From: an uncultured Gammaproteobacteria bacterium
GTDB taxonomy: Bacteria; Patescibacteriota; Microgenomatia; UBA10105; UBA927
NCBI GenBank assembly: GCA_964553825.1
Contig: CAZKLT010000001.1
Coordinates: 51,423 to 115,422, forward strand
Direction: 5' to 3'
DNA: 64,000 bases
Translations under genes and position numbers: made by a program
Notes under the pieces: generated by a model
What the model was told of the DNA's origin: nothing
Seen by the model: the letters and a program-made list of their open reading frames with translations, nothing else
Databases searched by the model: none
Shown here: positions 8,822 to 19,387 of the stretch, piece after piece
How positions within the stretch are numbered: the first letter of the stretch is position 1
Layout of the letters: each line of letters begins with the position of its first letter

Positions 8822-9346
8822 ATGGAATTAGTTGTTCTTGTTGACGAAGACGATAATCCTATCGGAACGGCACCGAAGGATACTGTGCATACGCAAAATA
8901 CACCGCTTCATCGCGCATTTTCCGTATTTCTTTTTGATAAAAAAAACAGACTGCTTCTCACCAAGCGTTCACTGAAGAAAAAAACATTTCCCGGAGTTTG
9001 GACGAATACGGTTTGTGGTCATGTTGGACCAGATGAAACCGTTATTTCCGCCGCAACCCGGAGACTAAAAGAGGAGTTAGGCATAACTGAAATAGCCGTA
9101 AGACTCGTCGCTCCGTATAGGTATACGTTTACGGATGTGCATGGAATCATGGAAAATGAAATCTGTCCGATTCTTGTCGGATACTTTGACGGTGACCCTA
9201 TTGTCAACCCGTCTGAAATAGACGACTGGAAGCGGGTAGACTGGCATGCTTTTTTGGAAGAAATTAAAGCCAATCCTGGTACGTACTCCCCGTGGAGCGA
9301 ACAAGAGGCGCTTATACTTCAACAGACAGATCCGGCACTGCGGTAA
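8822..9346 (+). CDS. idi: Isopentenyl-diphosphate delta-isomerase type 1 (Nudix fold)
   Basis: VVLVDEDD, VH...LHRAFSVFLF, KKTFPGVWTNTVCGH, RRLKEELGI, ENEICP, YSPW. Confidence 0.95.
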   Translation: MELVVLVDEDDNPIGTAPKDTVHTQNTPLHRAFSVFLFDKKNRLLLTKRSLKKKTFPGVWTNTVCGHVGPDETVISAATRRLKEELGITEIAVRLVAPYRYTFTDVHGIMENEICPILVGYFDGDPIVNPSEIDDWKRVDWHAFLEEIKANPGTYSPWSEQEALILQQTDPALR

Positions 9347-10334
9347 TCTGGTGCCAGTCAGTTTCTTGTGCTCGGAAGAATCCGTACGATGCGATGTATA
9401 CGGCGTTATCGGTGCAGAGTTCGGGCGCGGGAACATGAATGGTTACGCCATGAGGCTGAGCGGCGGATATGAATTTTTTACGTAACCTGGTATTGGCTGC
9501 AACGCCTCCTGACAAGAAGATGGTTGATGCTGAATATTCTGATACCGCCAAAAGCGTTTTTTTTACGAGCACGTCCGTGATGGCCTCTTCCAATTCGTGA
9601 GCAAGTTGGGCTACTTTATTTTGAGTAAATGCGTTTTTTTCTTTCAGAGAATTCACAGCCCGCAACATAGCAGTCTTTAATCCGCTAAACGAAAAGTTGT
9701 AGCGATTTTCATGATCAAGCATGGGTCTGGGAAGGCGGATGTTTGTGGACTCCTTTGTCTGAGCTGGAACATAGGATGCAGCAGCTGTTGCAATGGCTGG
9801 CCCTCCTCCATGGCCAAATCCCAGCAGTCGAGCCGTTTTGTCAAACGCTTCTCCGGCAGCGTCATCAAGCGTTCCTCCGAGCCACGATAAATCCTTCTCA
9901 TTTTTCATAAGATAGAGCTCGGTGTGTCCGCCACTTGCGACGAGCGATATCGCAGGAAAGCGGGAGACAGATGATTCCACGAAATTGGCATACATGTGTG
10001 CAAGGACATGATTTACTGGCAATAATGGCTTCCCTGTTGCAAAGGCCAGGGTTTTTGCGGTTTCCACGCCAACAAGGAGTGAACCGATGAGCCCCGGTCC
10101 AACCGTGACTGCGATTGCATCGATTTCGTTTAGGGGTATGTCGCCCAAGGCTTCATCAATGACGGGAATAATACACCGGAGTTGCTCCCGGGCTGCAACC
10201 TCAGGGACGATGCCACCGTATTTTTCATGCATGGTTTTGGATGACGCCACTGACGAGCGAATAATTTTTACACCGTTTTCGACGACAGCTGCTGCGGTTT
10301 CATCGCAGCTTGTTTCAATACCCAGTATCTTCAT
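9312..10334 (-). CDS. tsaD: tRNA threonylcarbamoyltransferase TsaD
   Basis: ILGIETSCDET, GPGLIGSL, VNHVLAH, SGGHT, DDAAGEAFDK, FSFSGLKT, GGVAAN, CTDNA. Confidence 0.97.
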   Translation of the reverse strand: MKILGIETSCDETAAAVVENGVKIIRSSVASSKTMHEKYGGIVPEVAAREQLRCIIPVIDEALGDIPLNEIDAIAVTVGPGLIGSLLVGVETAKTLAFATGKPLLPVNHVLAHMYANFVESSVSRFPAISLVASGGHTELYLMKNEKDLSWLGGTLDDAAGEAFDKTARLLGFGHGGGPAIATAAASYVPAQTKESTNIRLPRPMLDHENRYNFSFSGLKTAMLRAVNSLKEKNAFTQNKVAQLAHELEEAITDVLVKKTLLAVSEYSASTIFLSGGVAANTRLRKKFISAAQPHGVTIHVPAPELCTDNAVYIASYGFFRAQETDWHQITAVPDLSVEV

Positions 10335-10345
10335 ACGGCGTTATT

Positions 10346-10768
10346 TTACTCGAGGTCAAGAAGTTTCGCGAGTTGGGAGGTTGACGGGGTGTGAATTTTG
10401 GGCACAACTGCAAGTTGTGCGCCGATCATTTCCGCCTGGTGTCTTTTTTTATCCAGGATTGGGTCTCCTTCTGTGACGGCAATGACGGTAGGACGTATTT
10501 GGGTGACCAATTTGAAATAGTCTGCGTCCGTCTTCATAGGCGGCAGGGGAATAACTTCATCGACGAATGAAAGTGATTCCAGCATTTCTTTGCGTTGTTT
10601 CTGCGGATGAATGGGCCTGGTTTCCCCTTTTGTGTGCCGTACATTTTCATCCGATTCCAAAGCGACCACTAATCGCTCACCGAAGGATTTCGCCTGTTTA
10701 AGAAACGAAACATGGCCAAAATGGATAAAATCGAAGCAACCACCGACAAGAACGGTTTTATTATTCAT
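10346..10768 (-). CDS. Cytidylyltransferase-family protein (TagD/RfaE/archaeal FAD synthase-like)
   Basis: GGCFDFIHFGH (HxGH), RPI, STS. Confidence 0.85.
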   Translation of the reverse strand: MNNKTVLVGGCFDFIHFGHVSFLKQAKSFGERLVVALESDENVRHTKGETRPIHPQKQRKEMLESLSFVDEVIPLPPMKTDADYFKLVTQIRPTVIAVTEGDPILDKKRHQAEMIGAQLAVVPKIHTPSTSQLAKLLDLE

Positions 10769-11486
10769 GGTTTATTTTTCGGCGTATTTCACTGACAGCT
10801 TTCGCATTATCATCTTTAGCCTTATTACTCATCGTTTTAAATTCATCAAATGTAATTTTTTGTGCACCTTGAGTGAAGGGGTTATAGTAATCGACTAATG
10901 TATCATCCTGAAGGTCGGGACAAGTCAGCTCAAACATTTTTCTTATATAGAGTATGGTAGCCGAAAAATGTGTTTGGAGTCCATTGGTTGCCATATCTTC
11001 ATATACTGTCGGATCAACATCCAACAGGTCGGCGACTACTTTTCCATTGTTCATAGCATCTATTTCATTTTCTAGATCGAGTTGCATGAGCGAATATATC
11101 TTTTTAAGACGATCTTCCAATGGTAATTCTCTAAATCCTCTCCCATAGAGTATTTCGTGTCCAGTTTGTAAGTATGTTAATTCTGTTTTTTTAGGATTTT
11201 TCACTAATGCATGTCCACATTCATGGGCAAATATAGCTCTATAGTTCGGATCGGTTAGTAATTCAGGGTTGAAGTATACGATATTTCGTCGAGGTGAGTA
11301 TGAGGGATCATCTGTATCGATTGAAAATTTAATGCCCTTTGGCAATAGCTCATTGAGCGAACGTCCGCTATTAAGTTCGATCGTAAACGCGAGCGGATCC
11401 TCGGGTACTGGTGCCACATCTTTTATGCCGGTAGTAGCGTTGGAATTGACTATCTGTGTCATCCTTTCAAGTTGTGCATCTGACAT
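10761..11486 (-). CDS. Hypothetical HExxH zinc-metallopeptidase-like protein
   Basis: IFAHECGHAL plus a downstream E..A (ENEIDA); sequence looks AT-richer than its neighbours. Confidence 0.65.
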   Translation of the reverse strand: MSDAQLERMTQIVNSNATTGIKDVAPVPEDPLAFTIELNSGRSLNELLPKGIKFSIDTDDPSYSPRRNIVYFNPELLTDPNYRAIFAHECGHALVKNPKKTELTYLQTGHEILYGRGFRELPLEDRLKKIYSLMQLDLENEIDAMNNGKVVADLLDVDPTVYEDMATNGLQTHFSATILYIRKMFELTCPDLQDDTLVDYYNPFTQGAQKITFDEFKTMSNKAKDDNAKAVSEIRRKINHE

Positions 11487-11504
11487 AGGTTTTCGGAAAA
11501 ATCT

Positions 11505-12899
11505 TTATAACGCAGTCCCTCTCAGGTATACGGCCTGCCATGGCCGGAAAGAAGAGTAAAACGTGGTATCCTGTAAGATTTCGTCGCCTCTGGTTACTCG
11601 GTATTGAAATGACGCTTTGGCTCCCCAGGCAGACCAGTCTACCTGCTTTATGATGCCGGCCTTCAGTGTTGGGTCGTCCTGATAGAGCGGTGGGGGAGGG
11701 GCTGACTGATTCCATACTTTATGGTCGAGAATTTCTGCCTGTCGTCCATCCCGGGTTCCGTAAAGTTCGAAGGTCAGGGTGAGATTTTTGGTGTCGGTTT
11801 TGGTTTGAATAAGAATATGAGCGGGCGTATCATTTTTAATACGCAGATCGACTGTCGGACTAAAAACTGTTGCATCCAGACCGGGTTTAAATCCGCCGTC
11901 TTCATAATAATGTACGCGATAGGCATGAGCATGCCGCTCGATTATAGGAATACCCGCATTGAGGGCCGCCCGAAACAATGTGCTGCTCACCTGACACACT
12001 CCGCCCCCGTCGCCCAGGACTGTTCTGCCATCCTTGATGATATATGCAGATTGATAGCCCGTGGCAGCCGAGATGTCTCCGATCGCGGCGTTAAACGAAA
12101 ATTCCTCGCCGGGCTTGATGAGAATGCCGTTAATACGGGAGGCAGCCAGAGCAACATTATGGATGCGTCCTGGTATTGAACCGGCAAATTCCGAATACCC
12201 GCGTCCGATAAGCTCTTTAATGCCGTATGCATTGGTGTCGTTGGTTTCCGATGAAGGTTGTATCTGGTCAACCGGTAAAAGAATAGTGATACGTTGCTGA
12301 TTCGTGCGTGCCGCGGTGGCAAATGCCTCATTGAGCCTGCGCTTTGTTTCCTCTCGGTTCAGACGTTGGCCGACCTTTGATGGCCGAAAGGATGTAACTT
12401 TTCCGTCCGCAAACTGGAAGAGCGCATCTTCCTCCGGGATATCAAGTTGGGCGGCCAAATTAGCGAGCGCCTCATCTACGACGCTTTCCTTCCATCGGAA
12501 ATACGGTGCGAGATTGACTGTTTTCTGAAGGAACGTGACATTTAGATCGCTAAGAAATCGGCCGGAACGGCCGATAAGATACGCCTGTGTTGCTGAAAGA
12601 TCGGCATCATACCCTAGCTCTATATCACTGCCTGATATCGTAGCGATGGTGGATTTGAATTTTAATTCAAATTGCGCGTCGGCGAACGGTTCGTTTTTTG
12701 ATGTCCAGTATCGGACGACTTCGTCTTTTGTTTGAGATCCAAACGGTACGCCACCGATCATGACGTTGGGATAAATGCGTCCGGCGTAGTATCTGCGATA
12801 GAGCGACACAAAGATCAAACAAAGAAGAAGAAAAACAAGTGAGCCCGCAGCCAGCGCGCGCAGCCATCGAAGGGATGTAGAGTTATGTGATTGCCCCAT
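11505..12899 (-). CDS. VanW family protein with N-terminal TM and PG-binding-like region
   Basis: RIHNV, FSFN, GGGVCQVSSTLF, ERHAH, GLDATV. Start placed at MGQSH (12899). Confidence 0.88.
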   Translation of the reverse strand: MGQSHNSTSLRWLRALAAGSLVFLLLCLIFVSLYRRYYAGRIYPNVMIGGVPFGSQTKDEVVRYWTSKNEPFADAQFELKFKSTIATISGSDIELGYDADLSATQAYLIGRSGRFLSDLNVTFLQKTVNLAPYFRWKESVVDEALANLAAQLDIPEEDALFQFADGKVTSFRPSKVGQRLNREETKRRLNEAFATAARTNQQRITILLPVDQIQPSSETNDTNAYGIKELIGRGYSEFAGSIPGRIHNVALAASRINGILIKPGEEFSFNAAIGDISAATGYQSAYIIKDGRTVLGDGGGVCQVSSTLFRAALNAGIPIIERHAHAYRVHYYEDGGFKPGLDATVFSPTVDLRIKNDTPAHILIQTKTDTKNLTLTFELYGTRDGRQAEILDHKVWNQSAPPPPLYQDDPTLKAGIIKQVDWSAWGAKASFQYRVTRGDEILQDTTFYSSFRPWQAVYLRGTAL

Positions 12900-12924
12900 G
12901 ATATGATAATTGTACTCGAATGCC

Positions 12925-14406
12925 ATGAATGATCCAACTACCCAAGCGGGTGTTTCACCTGTTGTTCCTCAGGCTCCCAATGGGCCCGGTGAGCCGTTTG
13001 TTGTTCCGCCCGCACCTGTCGGAACCAATCCTTTTATCCCCCAGACGCCAACCGGAGGTCCGCCGAACGGAGAAATGGCTGTCACTGCACGACCGAACTC
13101 ATGGTTTCGCCGAATGCTGACTGTTGGCAGTATCCTTATCGTGCTGGCCCTCCTTCTTGTGGGAGGTCGTTTCGCCATGGGAATGTTGTCTGGCGGAAAG
13201 GAAGTAACAATAACCTATTGGGGCCTTTGGGAAAATGAAGCCACGGTAAAGAGCCTTATCGCAGATTTTGAAGCAACGCATCCGAAAATTAAGGTGACCT
13301 ATGTTAAGCAATCCCATCGACAGTATCGAGAGCGGCTTCAAGGGGCGGTTGGACGGGGGGACGGCCCGGACGTATTTCGTTTCCATAATACTTGGGTGCC
13401 GATGTTCCGGAATGAATTGAGTCCGGCCCCGGAAACAGTTATGAGCACGCAGGAGTTTGCCTCGACATTTTATCCGGTGGCAAGCGCTGATTTGGTCGGC
13501 GGGCAGGCGATTTACGGTATGCCTGTGATGATAGACGGACTTGGACTCTACTATAATGAGGATCTTTTTGCGGCTGCAGGTGTAACACCGCCCTCGACGT
13601 GGGAGGAACTGTTGGCGATTGTTCCCAAGTTGACCGTGCGGACCGAAAATGCAATTCTGACATCGGCTATTGCGCTCGGGACATCAGGGAACGTTGAGCA
13701 TTTTAGCGACATTCTCGCAACGATGATGATGCAAAACGGCGCAAAACTGTCTGCGCCCACCGGCGCACAGGCTGAGGAAGCGCTCGTGTTTTACCGGAAG
13801 TTTTCCAATCCTTCCGACCCGGTCTATACGTGGAACGATACGCTTGATAACTCAATTTCTGCTTTTGCCTCCAGTAAGGTTGCGATGATCCTGGCTCCAT
13901 CATGGCGCGTGTTTGATATCAAACAGCTTAATCCCGCGCTTCGGTTTAAGGTTGTGCCCATACCACAGCTTGCCGGGAATACCGTTACATGGGCATCCTA
14001 TTGGGTGGAGGGCGTATCGGCGAAGAGTAAGTACAAAGAGCAGGCATGGGAATTTGTGAACTTTCTGACCAGCAGCGAAGCGACCACGAAATTGTTCACA
14101 GAGGCGTCAAAAACGCGTTTGTTTGGCGAACTGTATGCTCGTGTCGATTTGGGCAACACGCTTATTGACGATCCCTATGCCGGTGCGTATATCAAACAGG
14201 CAGCAACCGCAAAATCGTTTCCCCTGGCATCACGGACGTTTGACAATGGGATAAACGATAAACTCATTAAGTATCTGGAGGATGCAGTAAACGCGGTCGG
14301 TCTTGGTGCCTCGCCCACTGAGGCGCTTCAAACGGCACATAATGGTTTCCGTCAGGTGTTGGGAGACTATGGTCTGACCAGTGGCGCTGCCCCCGCAACC
14401 CCGTAG
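12925..14406 (+). CDS. Extracellular solute-binding protein (sugar ABC family 1), membrane-anchored
   Basis: TM then ITYWGLWE, GPDVF, LYYNEDLF, PPSTWEEL, AWEFVNFLTS. No permease or ATPase nearby. Confidence 0.85.
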   Translation: MNDPTTQAGVSPVVPQAPNGPGEPFVVPPAPVGTNPFIPQTPTGGPPNGEMAVTARPNSWFRRMLTVGSILIVLALLLVGGRFAMGMLSGGKEVTITYWGLWENEATVKSLIADFEATHPKIKVTYVKQSHRQYRERLQGAVGRGDGPDVFRFHNTWVPMFRNELSPAPETVMSTQEFASTFYPVASADLVGGQAIYGMPVMIDGLGLYYNEDLFAAAGVTPPSTWEELLAIVPKLTVRTENAILTSAIALGTSGNVEHFSDILATMMMQNGAKLSAPTGAQAEEALVFYRKFSNPSDPVYTWNDTLDNSISAFASSKVAMILAPSWRVFDIKQLNPALRFKVVPIPQLAGNTVTWASYWVEGVSAKSKYKEQAWEFVNFLTSSEATTKLFTEASKTRLFGELYARVDLGNTLIDDPYAGAYIKQAATAKSFPLASRTFDNGINDKLIKYLEDAVNAVGLGASPTEALQTAHNGFRQVLGDYGLTSGAAPATP

Positions 14407-14409
14407 GGT

Positions 14410-15309
14410 ATGGCTAAAGAATTATCTGAATCCTTGTACGCGACCGTGGCGTATGCCGATATTTTTGAGTACTCGCTTTCTGCCGATGAGGCGGCGCGAT
14501 GGTTCATTGGAGCAGAAGTGAAGGGCATCCCGCGCCCAGACTCACGCTGGATACGGCAAAAAGGCCGTTTCCTTACGCTACGTGGCAGAGGTCGTCTGGG
14601 TGCGCTCAGGCGTTTGCGACAGCAGGCGGCACGGCAAAAATGGTTAATTGCCAAAAAGGCAGCAGCCTGGCTTCGTTTTGTGCCGACGATTACGCTTGTC
14701 GGCGTCACCGGGGCGCTTGCGATGAACAATGTTACATCAGACGACGATATTGATCTTTTTATCGTTACGAAAAAAGACACGCTTTGGACGACACGTTTCC
14801 TGGCAACACTGCTGCTTGATATGCTCGGCCTTCGAAGAAAACCGAATCAAACGCATGTACGCGATAAGATTTGTCTCAATATGTTTATGAGTGAAGAAGG
14901 TCTTCGGGTTACCCGGAAGGATCAGGATTTATTTTCAGCGCACGAAGTATTGCAGATGACTCCGCTGTGGGAACGCGGATCTGTGCACTATGTATTTCTC
15001 CGGCGGAATGCATGGGCAAGAATATTTCTTCCGAATGCGTGGAGGGAAGCAATCAGCAGCGCGTCAGAGCGTAGAAAAATCCGAACGCCCCGGTTCGATG
15101 CACCTTTTTTGTATTTGTTTCGTTTTGTTGAACCACTGTCGAAACGGTTACAAGCGTGGTATATGCGTCGACATAGGACAACCGAAAGAGTGACGAGTCA
15201 TGTGCTTCAGTTTCACCCGAGAGATGCCCGTGTTTGGGTAAAAGAAGCATTTGAAAAACGGCTAAAATTGCGCGACATACCACTTGACAAGTTTTTTTAT
15301 GACCGCTAA
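14410..15309 (+). CDS. Pol-beta superfamily nucleotidyltransferase-like protein
   Basis: GVTGALA..N....DDIDLFIV (G-x / DxD signature); basic protein. Confidence 0.65.
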   Translation: MAKELSESLYATVAYADIFEYSLSADEAARWFIGAEVKGIPRPDSRWIRQKGRFLTLRGRGRLGALRRLRQQAARQKWLIAKKAAAWLRFVPTITLVGVTGALAMNNVTSDDDIDLFIVTKKDTLWTTRFLATLLLDMLGLRRKPNQTHVRDKICLNMFMSEEGLRVTRKDQDLFSAHEVLQMTPLWERGSVHYVFLRRNAWARIFLPNAWREAISSASERRKIRTPRFDAPFLYLFRFVEPLSKRLQAWYMRRHRTTERVTSHVLQFHPRDARVWVKEAFEKRLKLRDIPLDKFFYDR

Positions 15310-15337
15310 AATAGCACTCATCGTAAAAGAGTGATAA
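15284..15337 (+). promoter_or_regulatory. Sigma70 promoter and CIRCE operator of groESL
   Basis: TTGACA (15284)-17 nt-TAAAAT (15307); ATAGCACTC-N9-GAGTGATAA (15311-15337) against consensus TTAGCACTC-N9-GAGTGCTAA. Confidence 0.9.
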
Positions 15338-15370
15338 ATTGTTTTGTTTTTCTTAAAAAAGGAGGGCCGT

Positions 15371-15667
15371 ATGGCAAAAGTAAATATTCAACCGTTATTT
15401 GATAATGTCCTGGTAAAACCACTTCAGGCCGAGGAAAAGCTTCCGTCTGGCATTATTCTTCCCGATAGCGCAAAAGAGAAGCCCCAAATGGGTGAGATTA
15501 TGGCCATTGGACCCGGGGGAACCGATGACAAAGGAAATGCCGTTAAGATGGTCGTAAAAATCGGACAAAAAGTTATGTATAAAAAATGGGGCGGAAATGA
15601 AATCAAGGTGAATGGTCAGGAATGGATGCTCGTTGAGCAGAAAGATATATTGGCAATCGTAGAATAA
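15371..15667 (+). CDS. groES: Co-chaperonin GroES
   Basis: IQPLFDNVLV, SGIILPDSAKEKP; AGGAGG SD upstream. Confidence 0.97.
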   Translation: MAKVNIQPLFDNVLVKPLQAEEKLPSGIILPDSAKEKPQMGEIMAIGPGGTDDKGNAVKMVVKIGQKVMYKKWGGNEIKVNGQEWMLVEQKDILAIVE

Positions 15668-15670
15668 TAA

Positions 15671-17332
<1,662 letters not shown>

Positions 17333-17354
17333 CCTCTCTAGAGAAACGACTAGG

Positions 17355-17381
17355 AAAGCCCCGCGGAAACGCGGGGCTTTT
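17355..17381 (+). terminator. Intrinsic terminator after groEL
   Basis: AAAGCCCCGCG-GAAA-CGCGGGGCTTTT. Confidence 0.85.
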
Positions 17382-17397
17382 GGTACAATGCATGCAT

Positions 17398-18276
17398 ATG
17401 CCATCGTTTACACTTACGGAAATTACCACGCGCGACGGAGTGGTGCATCAGGGATTATTTTTCAAACCGAAAAAACCGGGGAAGAAGGCACTTCTGTGGA
17501 TACATGGATTAACGGGAAAATTTTATGGCAACGTTTCCATGATGAACGCGATGGGTGAAGAGTGCGAAAAGAGGGGATTTGGATTTGCAACATTCAACAA
17601 TCGCGGTCATGACATGATAACCGGTGCGCATAAGCGAGATGAAAGCAGTTCCAAAGGGTACTCCTATGTGACAATCGGTTCCGGTGTGGAGAAGTTTGAG
17701 GAAAGTGTTCTCGATATCCGGGCCGGGATAGATTTTTTGGTAGGAGAGGGGTTTAAGGAGGTATATGTTGTTGGCATGAGTACAGGTGCCAATAAAGCAT
17801 GTTACTACGGCGCGACACAGAGAGATTCGTACCTGTCAGGCGTTATTCTTTTGTCTCCGATTTCAGATCGCCTGTCTCCAAAGTCGCACGTTTCCTGGTT
17901 TAAGAAAATGTATTTGCAGCTTCTTGTTGCGATGGGAAAGGGAGAAATGCTCCTCGTGGGAAACGGGTATTTTCCTGGAACACCGCGGCGGTTTTTGAGT
18001 CTGATTACCCCAAGGTCGGCAGAAGATATCTTTGACTACGGAGACACGAAAGATACGCTTTCCCGGTTTGCAACGATTCATACGCCCGTGTGTATTGCAT
18101 TCGGAGAGAACGATGATAACGCAGACAGGCCAATCCTGGAGATAAAAAAAATATTTGATGCCAATACGAATTCAAAAAAATATAAAAGCTTTATTGTTCG
18201 GGAGGCGACGCACGGTTTTGACGGAAAAGAGCGAGTGCTTGTAGCTACCATTATTCAGTGGGTCGCAACAGTTTGA
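17398..18276 (+). CDS. Alpha/beta hydrolase (DUF1749-like)
   Basis: IHGLTG, GMSTG nucleophile elbow, GENDD, ATHGF. Confidence 0.8.
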   Translation: MPSFTLTEITTRDGVVHQGLFFKPKKPGKKALLWIHGLTGKFYGNVSMMNAMGEECEKRGFGFATFNNRGHDMITGAHKRDESSSKGYSYVTIGSGVEKFEESVLDIRAGIDFLVGEGFKEVYVVGMSTGANKACYYGATQRDSYLSGVILLSPISDRLSPKSHVSWFKKMYLQLLVAMGKGEMLLVGNGYFPGTPRRFLSLITPRSAEDIFDYGDTKDTLSRFATIHTPVCIAFGENDDNADRPILEIKKIFDANTNSKKYKSFIVREATHGFDGKERVLVATIIQWVATV

Positions 18277-18614
18277 TGGTGGACACTATGAATGCGATGA
18301 TTCTTATCTATATAACCTGTCATGACTCCGACGAAGCGGTGAAAATCGGGACATACCTGCTTCGAAAACGCCTCATCGCCTGTTATAACATTATTGATAA
18401 TATGACCTCAGGATACTGGTGGCCTCCGGGTGCCGGACAGATAGAAACAGCGCATGAAACGATTCTTATCGTAAAAACGTTGCAGAGGAAATTCGATCTG
18501 ATCGAAAGATCGGTAGAGCGTATTCATTCATCGGACACGCCGTGCTTAATTGCAATTCCTGCTGTCCGGGTTGCCAAAAAATATCTTGCATGGATAGAAG
18601 GGGAAGTGAAGTAG
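18276..18614 (+). CDS. cutA: Divalent-cation tolerance protein CutA
   Basis: IYITC, RLIACYN, YWW, E..LIVKT, HSSDTP, YLAWI. Start could be 18276 or 18288. Confidence 0.88.
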   Translation: MVDTMNAMILIYITCHDSDEAVKIGTYLLRKRLIACYNIIDNMTSGYWWPPGAGQIETAHETILIVKTLQRKFDLIERSVERIHSSDTPCLIAIPAVRVAKKYLAWIEGEVK

Positions 18615-18630
18615 CGTCGTGCCTCCGAAA

Positions 18631-19263
18631 TTAAATTTTGGGTAATACCTCAAGCGGATTTATGGGGACATCTCTCACATAGATTTCCAGATGGAGATGG
18701 CTCCCGGTCGACTGTCCTGTTATACCAATCTGGCCAAGCGCAGTATTTTTTAAGATATGATCGCCCTGCTTGACGAAAACCTTCGATAAATGCGCGTAGA
18801 GAGATTTTACTCCGTCCGGATGTTCGACAAGCACATGGTGGCCGTAGCCATACGGGAGAAATTCTACCCACGCGACTGTGCCTTCCCGGATCGGGTACAC
18901 CGGCGTGCCAATGGGATCGGTCAGATCCATACCCGGATGGTAGAATGAGAAGCTCTGCGAGATGCCGAAGGCAGAGAGTGGCCACTGAAAGGTCGAGCCT
19001 ACTGCATCTACGACGATGATGGTTTGAGTCGTTTCGAGTGTAACTTCGAGGCTCGAGATGGCCTCCTGCGTTTGGGGGACGACGATACCTGCGAAGAACG
19101 CAAGTCCAGCCAGATTCACGCCTATAGCCTGGCGCCAATGAAACGCTTTGAGATTCGTGCGCAAAAAGATACCCAGACCGCTGCCTGCGGGGGATATCGT
19201 CGTTAAGTTTTTTTGTATGTAGGCACGAATTCGGGCAAAAAGCCTGAAATATTTTTGCTTCAT
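18631..19263 (-). CDS. M23 family metallopeptidase
   Basis: HPGMD, YGH, SLYAHL, GQSTGSHLHLE. Confidence 0.92.
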   Translation of the reverse strand: MKQKYFRLFARIRAYIQKNLTTISPAGSGLGIFLRTNLKAFHWRQAIGVNLAGLAFFAGIVVPQTQEAISSLEVTLETTQTIIVVDAVGSTFQWPLSAFGISQSFSFYHPGMDLTDPIGTPVYPIREGTVAWVEFLPYGYGHHVLVEHPDGVKSLYAHLSKVFVKQGDHILKNTALGQIGITGQSTGSHLHLEIYVRDVPINPLEVLPKI

Positions 19264-19387
19264 ACAAATGACCGCTCAAGACGAGCGAAGGCAGTGATTG
19301 TAGCATAACTATAGGATATTGTCAATGGAATAGGGGAGGGTAGAATTGGTTGCCGGGCTGGTACTGGTGTGCTATGATCGAATCCAC

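Noticed and set aside
11505-12899. Vancomycin resistance locus
   Set aside because: VanW-family genes are widespread on their own; no vanA/B, vanH, vanX or vanRS here.
18650-19306. 218-aa alternative-frame ORF over the M23 peptidase
   Set aside because: The overlapping 18631-19263 frame carries all the M23 motifs; this one has none.
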